From Azolla caroliniana (lineage: Eukaryota; Plantae; Polypodiophyta): a DNA stretch of 64,000 nucleotides. Both the position numbers and the translations under genes were made by a program. The first letter of the stretch is position 1. Every line of letters starts with the position of its first letter. The stretch is taken from contig JBHGNT010000021.1 in the NCBI GenBank assembly GCA_043228905.1, positions 5,022,001 through 5,086,000 on the forward strand, in the 5' to 3' direction. This document shows, in pieces, positions 1-12,470 of the stretch. Below the pieces are notes generated by a model that saw only the letters and a program-made list of their open reading frames with translations, ran no database searches and was not told where the DNA came from.

Positions 1-1308
1 AAACTTCTTCCACATTGAATTAGGTAATGGCTCGCTGGCGCAACCATTGGTCGAGCTCAAGGTACTCGAACTGAAGTATGACAAGGTGTTGCTCCAGCCA
101 TGGTCACTAGGGTTCAATCCGATTGAAGAGTTACCGAAACTCAATAACCCTAGGGTGATCATCGTAACATTTCCCGGCCTCCCTCCCCATTTGTGCCATC
201 TGCTCCCTCTATTTGGCGAACAAATAGGGATGATATGTCCTCAAAAAGTGTCAATGGCAGACACAGTTCCGGAGGTGCCCAAGTTGCACATCTTGGTGCC
301 TTCCCTCCATGGACTTCCATCAAGGATTAGACTCTAGTCTGAGGAGCTAGGTCTCACAGTGGTGCAAGTGGTTTATGAGGAACTCCCGGGGCAGTGTTTC
401 AATTGCAAACAGATAGGACACCTAGCTAAGGCGTGTCCTCGCAAGACTGGAAAGGGAAGCTTGGGACCTCGACCCTCGGGCAAAATCGGGACAACCAAGT
501 GTGACGAGGCTCCTTGGATACCCATTAAGAAGAAGGGGAAACTTGGAGGCCTAGGTGCATCCTCTTCCGCCCTTTTTCATGACCACGCCTTTGAAAGAAG
601 TCTCACTACCTTGTCACCAGCAAGCGCGGACGAGCAACCCTTGAAACGGGTAAAGATCCTCTCCGGGAGTGCCGATGCACCCGACCTACAGGTGAGAGCT
701 ACCAACAGATTTACACTTCTTCAAGGGTTAGGGGATGGCGACCCAGAAGCGTTGGTAGCAATGTTGTCCCCATGTGACTCCTCATGCCTTCCCCCACGAG
801 AGCCTGAACTCCTATTCTCTACCCCGATGGAGATGCAACCCCAACTTGTACTGTCCACCCCGGAAGAGAAGTTGGCAAAGCCCCCCTCCCGCTGGAACGT
901 GAATGTGGTAGTGGCCTCATATTAGTGAAATCGTGGATCCGGACAGGCAAGCTCAAGGACAAAGGAAAGGGTAAGATAGGCCGACCAACACTTGGTTTGG
1001 CGACGACTCTCTTAGATAGAGGGACGCAAGATGTGCCACCGCTTCGGAGCACAAATGTATCGCGGGATCTATTTGAAGTGGGTCGGGAACGACTGGCTGA
1101 GAATCCCATAGGGGATTTGCAACCTGTTGTGGAGACCATACCCCCCGAAATAGGTGTTAGTTTGCCCCATAACATGGGGATCGGCCCGAACATAGCGTCA
1201 ACGTCACCGCTTTCGGATGAGGATCCTAACGTGGAATGTACAGGGCCTTGGTGGAGGCCGACAACACAAAGAGTGCAGAAGACTTCAAGAGGAGCTGAAT
1301 CCCCTTAA
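1..1308 (+). pseudogene. LINE-A ORF1 remnant (gag-like, CCHC knuckle)
   Basis: ORFs 47-337 and 359-925 are in one frame separated by TAG at 335-337. A frameshifted tail (VKSWIRTGK) resembles LINE-D ORF1 (VKAWIRKGK). Confidence 0.85.
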
Positions 1309-2007
1309 TATAGGGGGCCATATTGACATATTGCTTCTGCAGGAACGCCACCTCTCGCAAGAGCGAACTCAGAGCTTAGTAAACCCCTTGTCGGGTTTGT
1401 GGACCACATGGTGGTCGGCTACGCAGGGTGACCTCCACCAAAGAGGAGTCTGCATCTTGATCAGCGATAAGGCCCGATACGAAGTAACATCATCTGGCAC
1501 GTTGGTGGAGGGTCGGGCCTTATACGTGCTTCTGAAATGGAATTGCCTACAGATTAGGGTGCTAAACATTTATGCCCCTAACTCAGCCCCTGAGAGAGCA
1601 ATCTTTTGGAGGATGTTAGTGACAACATTACCTGATGCCGAGGCTTGGGTAATGACAGGTGATTTCAACATGACTGAACACCTGGGAGATAGGAAAGGAG
1701 GGACCCAAAGGCCTATTTATGGTGCAGAGCTAGATTCATGGGCTTTCCGAATTGGCAAAATCGGGGTGAAGGATACATGGGGCTCTTCCCTTAGGAGAAG
1801 CTCACATTCGCTGCAATTTTCCAGAGCCGCCGGGAATGCTAGGGGCGGTAGTCTTGCACGACTAGATCATATATACATCAACTCATCCCTCGAAGAGCTT
1901 GGGGGCTCCTTTGCTATCTTGGCAAGTCTTACCTTTTCAGATCATCAGCCGATGAGACTAGACCTTAACCCACCCAACGATAGCAAGGGCAGTCTCAATG
2001 TGAAGAT
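1217..2007 (+). pseudogene. LINE-A ORF2 N-terminal APE endonuclease domain
   Basis: WNVQGL, LQE, NIYAPN, GDFN, RLDHIY, SDH motifs; ends at the Copia TSD. Confidence 0.93.
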
Positions 2008-2791
2008 TGTTGGGAGACAGGTCCCTCCGGATGGGAAGGGAGAAGAACAGTGCCGACGAACAAACTCGGCCGAGGCCGAAACGGTATGAACCGGATGGGG
2101 AGTACCCGACTGCGGAGAGCCGGATCGTGTAGGCCCGGTATGAACCGGATGGGGAGTACCCGACTGCGGAGAGCTGGATGGTGTAGGCCCGGTATGAACC
2201 GGATGGGGAGTACCCGACTGCGGAGAGCCGGATGGTGTAGGCCCGGTATGAACCGGATGGGGAGTACCCGACTACGGAGAGACAGATGGTGCAGGCCCGG
2301 TATGAACCGGAGGAAGAGACATATTTGTAAATATGTTTCTGAGAGCCCATCGAGGCTACATTTGTAAATAGCCGAAAAGTCATATTAGTATAAATATGAC
2401 TTAGGGCAAACTTTTACTGGTGTCGTTGTTTTTTTATTGTTGTTATTCTTCCTTGTTGGTGCAAGAAGAAGAGTGAGCGCGCAACTGTACAGAGAGAGAG
2501 AGAGAGAGAGAGAGACGAGGTCGTTGCCTCTGTTGTAACCGCCGCCTGTGGCGAAGATCTGTGAGCACGAGGTCGTTGCCTCAGTGATCTCACTGTTGTA
2601 TATTCCTACATAGTGACAGTTTGCAGCCTGTGGGCTGCCGTGGTTTTTCCCTTATTTTGGGGTTTTCCACGTAAACCTCCTGTGTACCATTTCTCCCCTT
2701 TGTGTCGCGTTTCATTACCTGTTTTTCTGTGTATGAAAAGAATCTCGGGTGTGGCCGAGCGTCGGACATAAGGAACGTCGAGTTCTCGACA
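2008..2791 (+). repeat. Copia LTR1 (784 bp; four 54-bp U3 repeats, (AG)12)
   Basis: Starts TGTTGGGAGA, ends CTCGACA, followed by PBS. Confidence 0.95.
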
Positions 2792-2793
2792 AG

Positions 2794-2805
2794 TGGTATC
2801 AGAGC
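2794..2805 (+). promoter_or_regulatory. Primer binding site (tRNA-iMet); second copy at 7638-7649
   Basis: TGGTATCAGAGC 2 nt after LTR end. Confidence 0.95.
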
Positions 2806-2821
2806 GAAATTGACACAGAAA

Positions 2822-5800
2822 ATGGACGAATCGTTTGGCGGCATGTTCAAGCTCACCGGCTCCAACTACTCAGTGTGGAAGTCGAAGATGAGGGACATGC
2901 TCGTGGTTAAAGACCTCTGGCTGCCGGTTCAGTTCGGGGACAAGAGACCGGACAAAATCGACGCCGCGATATGGGAGGTGATGCACATGAAGACAATGGC
3001 GTACATACGGTGCTTCATTGACATGAGCCTGTACAACAACTTCAATGAAGAGAGCAAGGCTCATGAGCTCTGGGAGAAGATCGGCATAATGTTCCAGAAC
3101 AAAAATGCTGTCAATCAGGTGTCGGTATTCCGGAAGCTAGTAAGACTCCGGTACCAAGATGGCTCCAGCATGGCGGAGCATATGAATGCCTTCTAGGGGC
3201 TGATCCACCAGGCAACTTCATTGGAAGTACCTCTTGCCGATGAGGTCCTAGCGCTACTCCTGCTCGGTTCCCTCCCGGATAGCTGGGAGACGTTGGTTGT
3301 CACTTTGGGCAACGCCGGGCCGGAAGGAAAACGGTTATCCCTAGCAAGAGTAAAGTCGAGCTTGCTAAATGAGGAGGCTCGTCGGAAAGACAAAGATACG
3401 AGCTCCGACTCCAAAGCGCTCCTTACCGAATCGGAATGCGGAAGACATAGAAACCGTAGTCCCCAGAACCGGGAGAAGTCGGGGACACGGTCAAAGTCAA
3501 GGGGGAGGCCTACTTGCTTCTATTGCGGCAAGCCAGGACACTTCCAAAAGAACTGTCGGCATTTCCGTAAAGACAAGGAAACCGACGGTACCGATTCGAA
3601 GCAAACGCCGAACTGGAACGGTACAGACCGAAATGGTAAAGACCGGAGGGGGCCGGACCGGAAGGGAACGACGGCAATTGCGGCAAGTGAAGAGGAGTTG
3701 ATGCTCATCACTGAGGAGAGTGAGATAAACCATGCCGGCGACGAGATGACCTGGGTGGTAGACTCCGGAGCGTCGTTCCACCTTACCCCGGACCGGAAAT
3801 GCCTCTCATCCTACTCAGCCGGTGATCACGGCTGTGTCCGGATGGGGAATGAAGGAACATGCCGAATTGTTGGCATAGGAGACGTGTGGCTGACAACACC
3901 AACCGGATGCAAGTTGCTGTTGAAGGATGTCCGACACGTTCCGGAAGTTCGTCTGAACCTGATATCAGCCGGTCGGCTAGATGATGAAGGCTACACGGGT
4001 AGCATCCGGAACGGTGTCATGAAGTTCAGCAAAGGGAGCCTGATTGTGGCTCGGGCCCGGAAGGTAAACACACTGTACCTGATGAATGCCCGGTTATGTC
4101 CGGAAGAAGTGAACGTGGCTTCCGACACTGCCGGTGAGCTGTGGCACAAGAGGCTATGTCACATGAGTGAGAAGGGGATGAAGAGGCTTGGAGACGACAA
4201 CCTCATTCCAGTGAAGAATGTGCACTTAGAGAAGTGCACTGATTGTCTGGCCGGTAAGCAGAACCGGACCTCCTTCCGACCAAGGCCACCGATGAGACGT
4301 AATGCACCACTGGAGTTGGTGCATACGGATGTTTGTCAAGTAGACACGAAGTCACATGCCGGAGCGCAGTACTTCGTGACGTTCATAGATGACCACAGCC
4401 GGAAGCTGTGGGCCACACCGCTGAAGACGAAGGATCAGGTGTTATCAGTCTTCAAAGAGCTCCACGCGAGAGTGGAAAGAGAAACCGGCCGGAAGCTGAA
4501 GGTGGTTCGAGCAGATAACGGAGGAGAGTACCGGGGGCAGTTCGAGGAGTACTGCTGCTCGAAGGGAATCCGGCTCGAATTTACCGTGCCGAAGACGCCG
4601 GAACTAAACGGATTGGCCGAGAGGATGAACCGGACCATAATGGAGAGGGTCCGGAGTATGCTAGCGCATGCAAAACTACCCAAGAAGTTTTGGGCTGAGG
4701 CATTGTCGACGACGACATATGTGATAAACAGATCACCCTCAGTACCCTTGGATGGAGACACGCCACAGAGAGTATGGACCGGTAAGGAAGTGTCCTACCG
4801 GCATCTGAGGGTGTTCGGGTGTCTCGCGTACGTGCATGTAGCAAAGGACCGGAGAGGAAAGTTAGATCCAAAGACCCGGCCATGCATATTCCTCGGTTAC
4901 GGTGACGATGAGTTCGGCTACCGAGTGTGGGACCCGGTCGACAAGAAGGTATTCCGGAGTCGAGATATTATCTTCATGGAGGACAAGACGCTCGCCGACT
5001 GGGAGTCGGAGAAGAAGATAATGAACTCCGAGTCGACCGGTAAGGATAGACTCTACAATGAGCAGACCCAACCGGCAAGAGACCGGTTAGCACTCGAGGA
5101 ACCAGCCGGTTACGGTGAGGATACCGAACCGGCAGAAGAAGAAGTAGAGGAAGCTGAGACCGGAACCGGTCAAGACCCCGAATCGGATTCGGATGAAGAG
5201 CAAATGGAGGAACCGGTTACCGAAGCCCGAAGACGTAGATATCCTCTCAGAGAGAGAAGGGCGCCCCGGAGATTTCCGGATGCAGAGCATGTCCTGCTGA
5301 CCGATGAGGGGGAGCCGGAAAGCTTCGAAGAAGCGAAGGAAGACACCCACAGCCGAAAATGGTTAAGTGCCATGCAGGATGAGATGGATTCTCTGCATGA
5401 GAACCATACGTACGAATTGGTGGAGCTGCTGAAAGGAAAGCGGGCACTCCGAAACAAGTGGGTGTTCAAGTTGAAACCGGGAGATGCCGGCAACCCCCCG
5501 AGATACAAAGCCAGGATCGTGGTGAAGGGGTTCCAGCAGAAGAAGGGCATGGACTTCGACGAAATATTCGCCCCGGTAGTAAAGATGACCTCCATCCGGA
5601 CAGTGCTGAGTATAGCAGCAAGCATGGATCTCGAGGTAGAGCAGCTGGACGTGAAGACGGCATTCCTTCACGGCGACCTCGAAGAGGAAATCTACATGCA
5701 GCAACCGGAAGGATTTGTGGAGAAAGGGAAGGAGCACCTGGTATGCCGGTTGAAGAAGAGCCTGTACGGACTGAAGCAGGCTCCCCGGCAATGGTACCGG

Positions 5801-6883
5801 AAGTTCGATTCCTTCATGACCGATCAAGGGTACCATAAGACGCAGGCCGATCACTGCGTGTTCGTGAAGAAGTTCGAAGGAGGGGACTTCCTGATACTTC
5901 TCCTGTACGTGGATGACATGTTGATCGTCGGACGAGACCAAGGCAAAATACGGATGCTGAAGAAGGCTCTCAACCGGACCTTCTCAATGAAAGACTTGGC
6001 TCTGGCAAGACAGATGTTGGGGATGCACATCATTTGGGACCGGTCAGTGAAGCAATTATGGTTGTCACAGGAGAAGTATGTGACAAAGGTGCTTCACCAG
6101 TTCAACATGTCAGATGCAAAACCGATCGGATCGACACTTCCGGCAAACTGCAAGTTGTCCGGCAAGCAAAGCCCGAAGACAAAAGGAGAGAAGGCAGATA
6201 TGATGAAGATTCCATATGCCTCTGCCGTTGGGAGCTTGATGTACGCAATGGTTTGTACCCGACCGGACATTGGATACGCAGTCGGAGTGGTGAGCCGGTT
6301 CATGAGTAATCCCGGCAAGGAGCATTGGAACGCGCTCAAATGGATACTCCGGTATTTGAAGGGCACTTCAAATATATGTCTCCGATTCGGCTCCGGGAAA
6401 CCTTAACTGGACGGTTTCACCGATTCGGACATGTCGGTTGATGTGGATACCAGCCAGTCTACATCCGGGTATGTGATGACATATGCAGGGGGAGCTGTTT
6501 CGTGGCAATCGAGGCTGCAGAAGACGGTTGCATTGTCAACCACAGAGGCGGAGTACATGGCAGCTGTAGAAGCCGGCAAGGAAATATTATGGATGAAGGA
6601 CTTCATCAGAGAGCTCGGTATCCGGCAAGAGGAATACCGACTCTACTGCGACAGTCAAAGTGCCATCCACCTTGCTAAGAATGCGGCCTACCATTCCCGA
6701 ACGAAGCATATCCAGCGGAGGTATCACTGGATCCGGGAAAGGGTAGATGACCAGGAGTTCGCACTGGCAAAGATCCACACGGCCGAGAACGGGTCAGATA
6801 TGCTGACCAAAGTGTTGACACCCGACAAGCTGGATGCATGCCGGAAGAGGATCGGGCTGGAAAGACACCCCATGCCGGAGTGA
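2822..6883 (+). pseudogene. Copia gag-pol copy 1 (two in-frame stops)
   Basis: ATG 2822; TAG 3194-3196; CFYCGKPGHFQKNC; protease WVVDSGAS; integrase WHKRLCH, HTD, DNGGEY, NGLAER; RT YVDD; TAA 6404-6406; RNase H TTEAEY. Confidence 0.95.
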
Positions 6884-6893
6884 AGGGGGAGTT

Positions 6894-7319
6894 TGTTGGG
6901 AGACAGGTCCCTCCGGATGGGAAGGGAGAAGAACAGTGCCGACGAACAAACTCGGCCGAGGCCGAAACGGTATGAACCGGATGGGGAGTACCCGACTGCG
7001 GAGAGTCGGATGGTGTAGGCCCGGTATGAACCGGATGGGGAGTACCCAACTGCGGAGAGCCGGATGGTGTAGGCCCGGTATGAACCGGATGGGGAGTACC
7101 CGACTACGGAGAGACGGATGGTGCAGGCCCGGTATGAACCGGAGGAAGAGACATATTTGTAAATATGTTTCTGAGAGCCCATCGAGGCTACATTTGTAAA
7201 TAGCCGAAAAGTCATATTAGTATAAATATGACTTAGGGCAAACTTTTACTGGTGTCGTTGTTTTTTTATTGTTGTTATTCTTCCTTGTTGGTGCAAGAAG
7301 AAGAGTGAGCGCGCAACTG

Positions 7320-7360
<41 letters not shown>

Positions 7361-7635
7361 GAGGTCGTTGCCTCTGTTGTAACCGCCGCCTGTGGCGAAG
7401 ATCTGTGAGCACGAGGTCGTTGCCTCAGTGATCTCACTGTTGTATATTCCTACATAGTGACAGTTTGCAGCCTGTGGGCTGCCGTGGTTTTTCCCTTATT
7501 TTGGGGTTTTCCACGTAAACCTCCTGTGTACCATTTCTCCCCTTTGTGTCGCGTTTCATTACCTGTTTTTCTGTGTATGAAAAGAATCTCGGGTGTGGCC
7601 GAGCGTCGAACATAAGGAACGTCGAGTTCTCGACA
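6894..7635 (+). repeat. Copia LTR2 (742 bp, shared middle LTR, recombinant; three U3 repeats, (AG)18)
   Basis: Preceded by PPT GAAGGGGGAG (6882-6891) and followed by PBS (7638). Confidence 0.95.
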
Positions 7636-7665
7636 AGTGGTATCAGAGCGAAATTGACACAGAAA

Positions 7666-10600
7666 ATGGACGAATCGTTTGGCGGCATGTTCAAGCTCAC
7701 CGGCTCCAACTACTCAGTGTGGAAGTCGAAGATGAGGGACATGCTCGTGGTTAAAGACCTCTGGCTGCCGGTTCAGTTCGGGGACAAGAGACCGGACAAA
7801 ATCGACGCCGCGATATGGGAGGTGATGCACATGAAGACAATGGCGTACATACGGTGCTTCATTGACATGAGCCTGTACAACAACTTCAATGAAGAGAGCA
7901 AGGCTCATGAGCTCTGGGAGAAGATCGGCATAATGTTCCAGAACAAAAATGCTGTCAATCAGGTGTCGGTATTCCGGAAGCTAGTAAGACTCCGGTACCA
8001 AGATGGCTCCAGCATGGCGGAGCATATGAATGCCTTCTAGGGGCTGATCCACCAGGCAACTTCATTGGAAGTACCTCTTGCCGATGAGGTCCTAGCGCTA
8101 CTCCTGCTCGGTTCCCTCCCGGATAGCTGGGAGACGTTGGTTGTCACTTTGGGCAACGCCGGGCCGGAAGGAAAACGGTTATCCCTAGCAAGAGTAAAGT
8201 CGAGCTTGCTAAATGAGGAGGCTCGTCGGAAAGACAAAGATACGAGCTCCGACTCCAAAGCGCTCCTTACCGAATCGGAATGCGGAAGACATAGAAACCG
8301 TAGTCCCCAGAACCGGGAGAAGTCGGGGACACGGTCAAAGTCAAGGGGGAGGCCTACTTGCTTCTATTGCGGCAAGCCAGGACACTTCCAAAAGAACTGT
8401 CGGCATTTCCGTAAAGACAAGGAAACCGACGGTACCGATTCGAAGCAAACGCCGAACTGGAACGGTACAGACCGAAATGGTAAAGACCGGAGGGGGCCGG
8501 ACCGGAAGGGAACGACGGCAATTGCGGCAAGTGAAGAGGAGTTGATGCTCATCACTGAGGAGAGTGAGATAAACCATGCCGGCGACGAGATGACCTGGGT
8601 GGTAGACTCCGGAGCGTCGTTCCACCTTACCCCGGACCGGAAATGCCTCTCATCCTACTCAGCCGGTGATCACGGCTGTGTCCGGATGGGGAATGAAGGA
8701 ACATGCCGAATTGTTGGCATAGGAGACGTGTGGCTGACAACACCAACCGGATGCAAGTTGCTGTTGAAGGATGTCCGACACGTTCCGGAAGTTCGTCTGA
8801 ACCTGATATCAGCCGGTCGGCTAGATGATGAAGGCTACACGGGTAGCATCCGGAACGGTGTCATGAAGTTCAGCAAAGGGAGCCTGATTGTGGCTCGGGC
8901 CCGGAAGGTAAACACACTGTACCTGATGAATGCCCGGTTATGTCCGGAAGAAGTGAACGTGGCTTCCGACACTGCCGGTGAGCTGTGGCACAAGAGGCTA
9001 TGTCACATGAGTGAGAAGGGGATGAAGAGGCTTGGAGACGACAACCTCATTCCAGTGAAGAATGTGCACTTAGAGAAGTGCACTGATTGTCTGGCCGGTA
9101 AGCAGAACCGGACCTCCTTCCGACCAAGGCCACCGATGAGACGTAATGCACCACTGGAGTTGGTGCATACGGATGTTTGTCAAGTAGACACGAAGTCACA
9201 TGCCGGAGCGCAGTACTTCGTGACGTTCATAGATGACCACAGCCGGAAGCTGTGGGCCACACCGCTGAAGACGAAGGATCAGGTGTTATCAGTCTTCAAA
9301 GAGCTCCACGCGAGAGTGGAAAGAGAAACCGGCCGGAAGCTGAAGGTGGTTCGAGCAGATAACGGAGGAGAGTACCGGGGGCAGTTCGAGGAGTACTGCT
9401 GCTCGAAGGGAATCCGGCTCGAATTTACCGTGCCGAAGACGCCGGAACTAAACGGATTGGCCGAGAGGATGAACCGGACCATAATGGAGAGGGTCCGGAG
9501 TATGCTAGCGCATGCAAAACTACCCAAGAAGTTTTGGGCTGAGGCATTGTCGACGACGACATATGTGATAAACAGATCACCCTCAGTACCCTTGGATGGA
9601 GACACGCCACAGAGAGTATGGACCGGTAAGGAAGTGTCCTACCGGCATCTGAGGGTGTTCGGGTGTCTCGCGTACGTGCATGTAGCAAAGGACCGGAGAG
9701 GAAAGTTAGATCCAAAGACCCGGCCATGCATATTCCTCGGTTACGGTGACGATGAGTTCGGCTACCGAGTGTGGGACCCGGTCGACAAGAAGGTATTCCG
9801 GAGTCGAGATATTATCTTCATGGAGGACAAGACGCTCGCCGACTGGGAGTCGGAGAAGAAGATAATGAACTCCGAGTCGACCGGTAAGGATAGACTCTAC
9901 AATGAGCAGACCCAACCGGCAAGAGACCGGTTAGCACTCGAGGAACCAGCCGGTTACGGTGAGGATACCGAACCGGCAGAAGAAGAAGTAGAGGAAGCTG
10001 AGACCGGAACCGGTCAAGACCCCGAATCGGATTCGGATGAAGAGCAAATGGAGGAACCGGTTACCGAAGCCCGAAGACGTAGATATCCTCTCAGAGAGAG
10101 AAGGGCGCCCCGGAGATTTCCGGATGCAGAGCATGTCCTGCTGACCGATGAGGGGGAGCCGGAAAGCTTCGAAGAAGCGAAGGAAGACACCCACAGCCGA
10201 AAATGGTTAAGTGCCATGCAGGATGAGATGGATTCTCTGCATGAGAACCATACGTACGAATTGGTGGAGCTGCTGAAAGGAAAGCGGGCACTCCGAAACA
10301 AGTGGGTGTTCAAGTTGAAACCGGGAGATGCCGGCAACCCCCCGAGATACAAAGCCAGGATCGTGGTGAAGGGGTTCCAGCAGAAGAAGGGCATGGACTT
10401 CGACGAAATATTCGCCCCGGTAGTAAAGATGACCTCCATCCGGACAGTGCTGAGTATAGCAGCAAGCATGGATCTCGAGGTAGAGCAGCTGGACGTGAAG
10501 ACGGCATTCCTTCACGGCGACCTCGAAGAGGAAATCTACATGCAGCAACCGGAAGGATTTGTGGAGAAAGGGAAGGAGCACCTGGTATGCCGGTTGAAGA

Positions 10601-11727
10601 AGAGCCTGTACGGACTGAAGCAGGCTCCCCGGCAATGGTACCGGAAGTTCGATTCCTTCATGACCGATCAAGGGTACCATAAGACGCAGGCCGATCACTG
10701 CGTGTTCGTGAAGAAGTTCGAAGGAGGGGACTTCCTGATACTTCTCCTGTACGTGGATGACATGTTGATCGTCGGACGAGACCAAGGCAAAATACGGATG
10801 CTGAAGAAGGCTCTCAACCGGACCTTCTCAATGAAAGACTTGGCTCTGGCAAGACAGATGTTGGGGATGCACATCATTTGGGACCGGTCAGTGAAGCAAT
10901 TATGGTTGTCACAGGAGAAGTATGTGACAAAGGTGCTTCACCAGTTCAACATGTCAGATGCAAAACCGATCGGATCGACACTTCCGGCAAACTGCAAGTT
11001 GTCCGGCAAGCAAAGCCCGAAGACAAAAGGAGAGAAGGCAGATATGATGAAGATTCCATATGCCTCTGCCGTTGGGAGCTTGATGTACGCAATGGTTTGT
11101 ACCCGACCGGACATTGGATACGCAGTCGGAGTGGTGAGCCGGTTCATGAGTAATCCCGGCAAGGAGCATTGGAACGCGCTCAAATGGATACTCCGGTATT
11201 TGAAGGGCACTTCAAATATATGTCTCCGATTCGGCTCCGGGAAACCTTAACTGGACGGTTTCACCGATTCGGACATGTCGGTTGATGTGGATACCAGCCA
11301 GTCTACATCCGGGTATGTGATGACATATGCAGGGGGAGCTGTTTCGTGGCAATCGAGGCTGCAGAAGACGGTTGCATTGTCAACCACAGAGGCGGAGTAC
11401 ATGGCAGCTGTAGAAGCCGGCAAGGAAATATTATGGATGAAGGACTTCATCAGAGAGCTCGGTATCCGGCAAGAGGAATACCGACTCTACTGCGACAGTC
11501 AAAGTGCCATCCACCTTGCTAAGAATGCGGCCTACCATTCCCGAACGAAGCATATCCAGCGGAGGTATCACTGGATCCGGGAAAGGGTAGATGACCAGGA
11601 GTTCGCACTGGCAAAGATCCACACGGCCGAGAACGGGTCAGATATGCTGACCAAAGTGCTGACACCCGACAAGCTGGATGCATGCCGGAAGAGGATCGGG
11701 CTGGAAAGACACCCCATGCCGGAGTGA
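7666..11727 (+). pseudogene. Copia gag-pol copy 2 (same two stops)
   Basis: Translation identical to copy 1; TAG 8038-8040 and TAA 11248-11250. Confidence 0.95.
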
Positions 11728-11737
11728 AGGGGGAGTT

Positions 11738-12465
11738 TGTTGGGAGACAGGTCCCTCCGGATGGGAAGGGAGAAGAACAGTGCCGACGAACAAACTCGGC
11801 CGAGGCCGAAACGGTATGAACCGGATGGGGAGTACCCGACTGCGGAGAGTCGGATGGTGTAGGCCCGGTATGAACCGGATGGGGAGTACCCAACTGCGGA
11901 GAGCCGGATGGTGTAGGCCCGGTATGAACCGGATGGGGAGTACCCGACTACGGAGAGACGGATGGTGCAGGCCCGGTATGAACCGGAGGAAGAGACATAT
12001 TTGTAAATATGTTTCTGAGAGCCCATCGAGGCTACATTTGTAAATAGCCGAAAAGTCATATTAGTATAAATATGACTTAGGGCAAACTTTTACTGGTGTC
12101 GTTGTTTTTTTATTGTTGTTATTCTTCCTTGTTGGTGCAAGAAGAAGAGTGAGCGTGCAACTGTACAGAGAGAGAGAGAGAGAGAGAGACGAGGTCGTTG
12201 CCTCTGTTGTAACCGCCGCCTGTGGCGAAGATCTGTGAGCACGAGGTCGTTGCCTCAGTGATCTCACTGTTGTATATTCCTACATAGTGACAGTTTGCAG
12301 CCTGTGGGCTGCCATGGTTTTTCCCTTATTTTGGGGTTTTCCACGTAAACCTCCTGTGTACCATTTCTCCCCTTTGTGTCGTGTTTCATTACCTATTTTT
12401 CTGTGTATGAAAAGAATCTCAGGTGTGGCCGAGCGTCGGACATAAGGAACGTCGAGTTCTCAACA
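11738..12465 (+). repeat. Copia LTR3 (728 bp; three U3 repeats, (AG)11)
   Basis: PPT upstream; ends CTCAACA followed by TSD AAGAT. Confidence 0.95.
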
Positions 12466-12470
12466 AAGAT

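Larger units (their letters stand above)
2008..12465 (+). mobile_element. Ty1/Copia (Tnt1/Tork-like) tandem element: LTR-internal-LTR-internal-LTR
   Basis: TG...CA termini; one TSD AAGAT (2003-2007 and 12466-12470) around the whole array; two near-identical internal regions with a 4844-bp period; domain order gag-PR-INT-RT-RH. Confidence 0.97.

Noticed and set aside
2082-2311. CRISPR-like array
   Set aside because: Units are contiguous with no unique spacers and sit in a eukaryotic LTR.
1958-2383. Repeat-containing ORFs on both strands of the LTRs (also 6724-7215, 6834-7199, 11568-12059)
   Set aside because: They stay open only because the 54-bp unit is 18 codons without stops; no domain evidence.
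3194-3196. TAG followed by GGG in gag as programmed readthrough
   Set aside because: It lies mid-gag before the zinc knuckle and fits a CAG>TAG transition; a second stop also exists.
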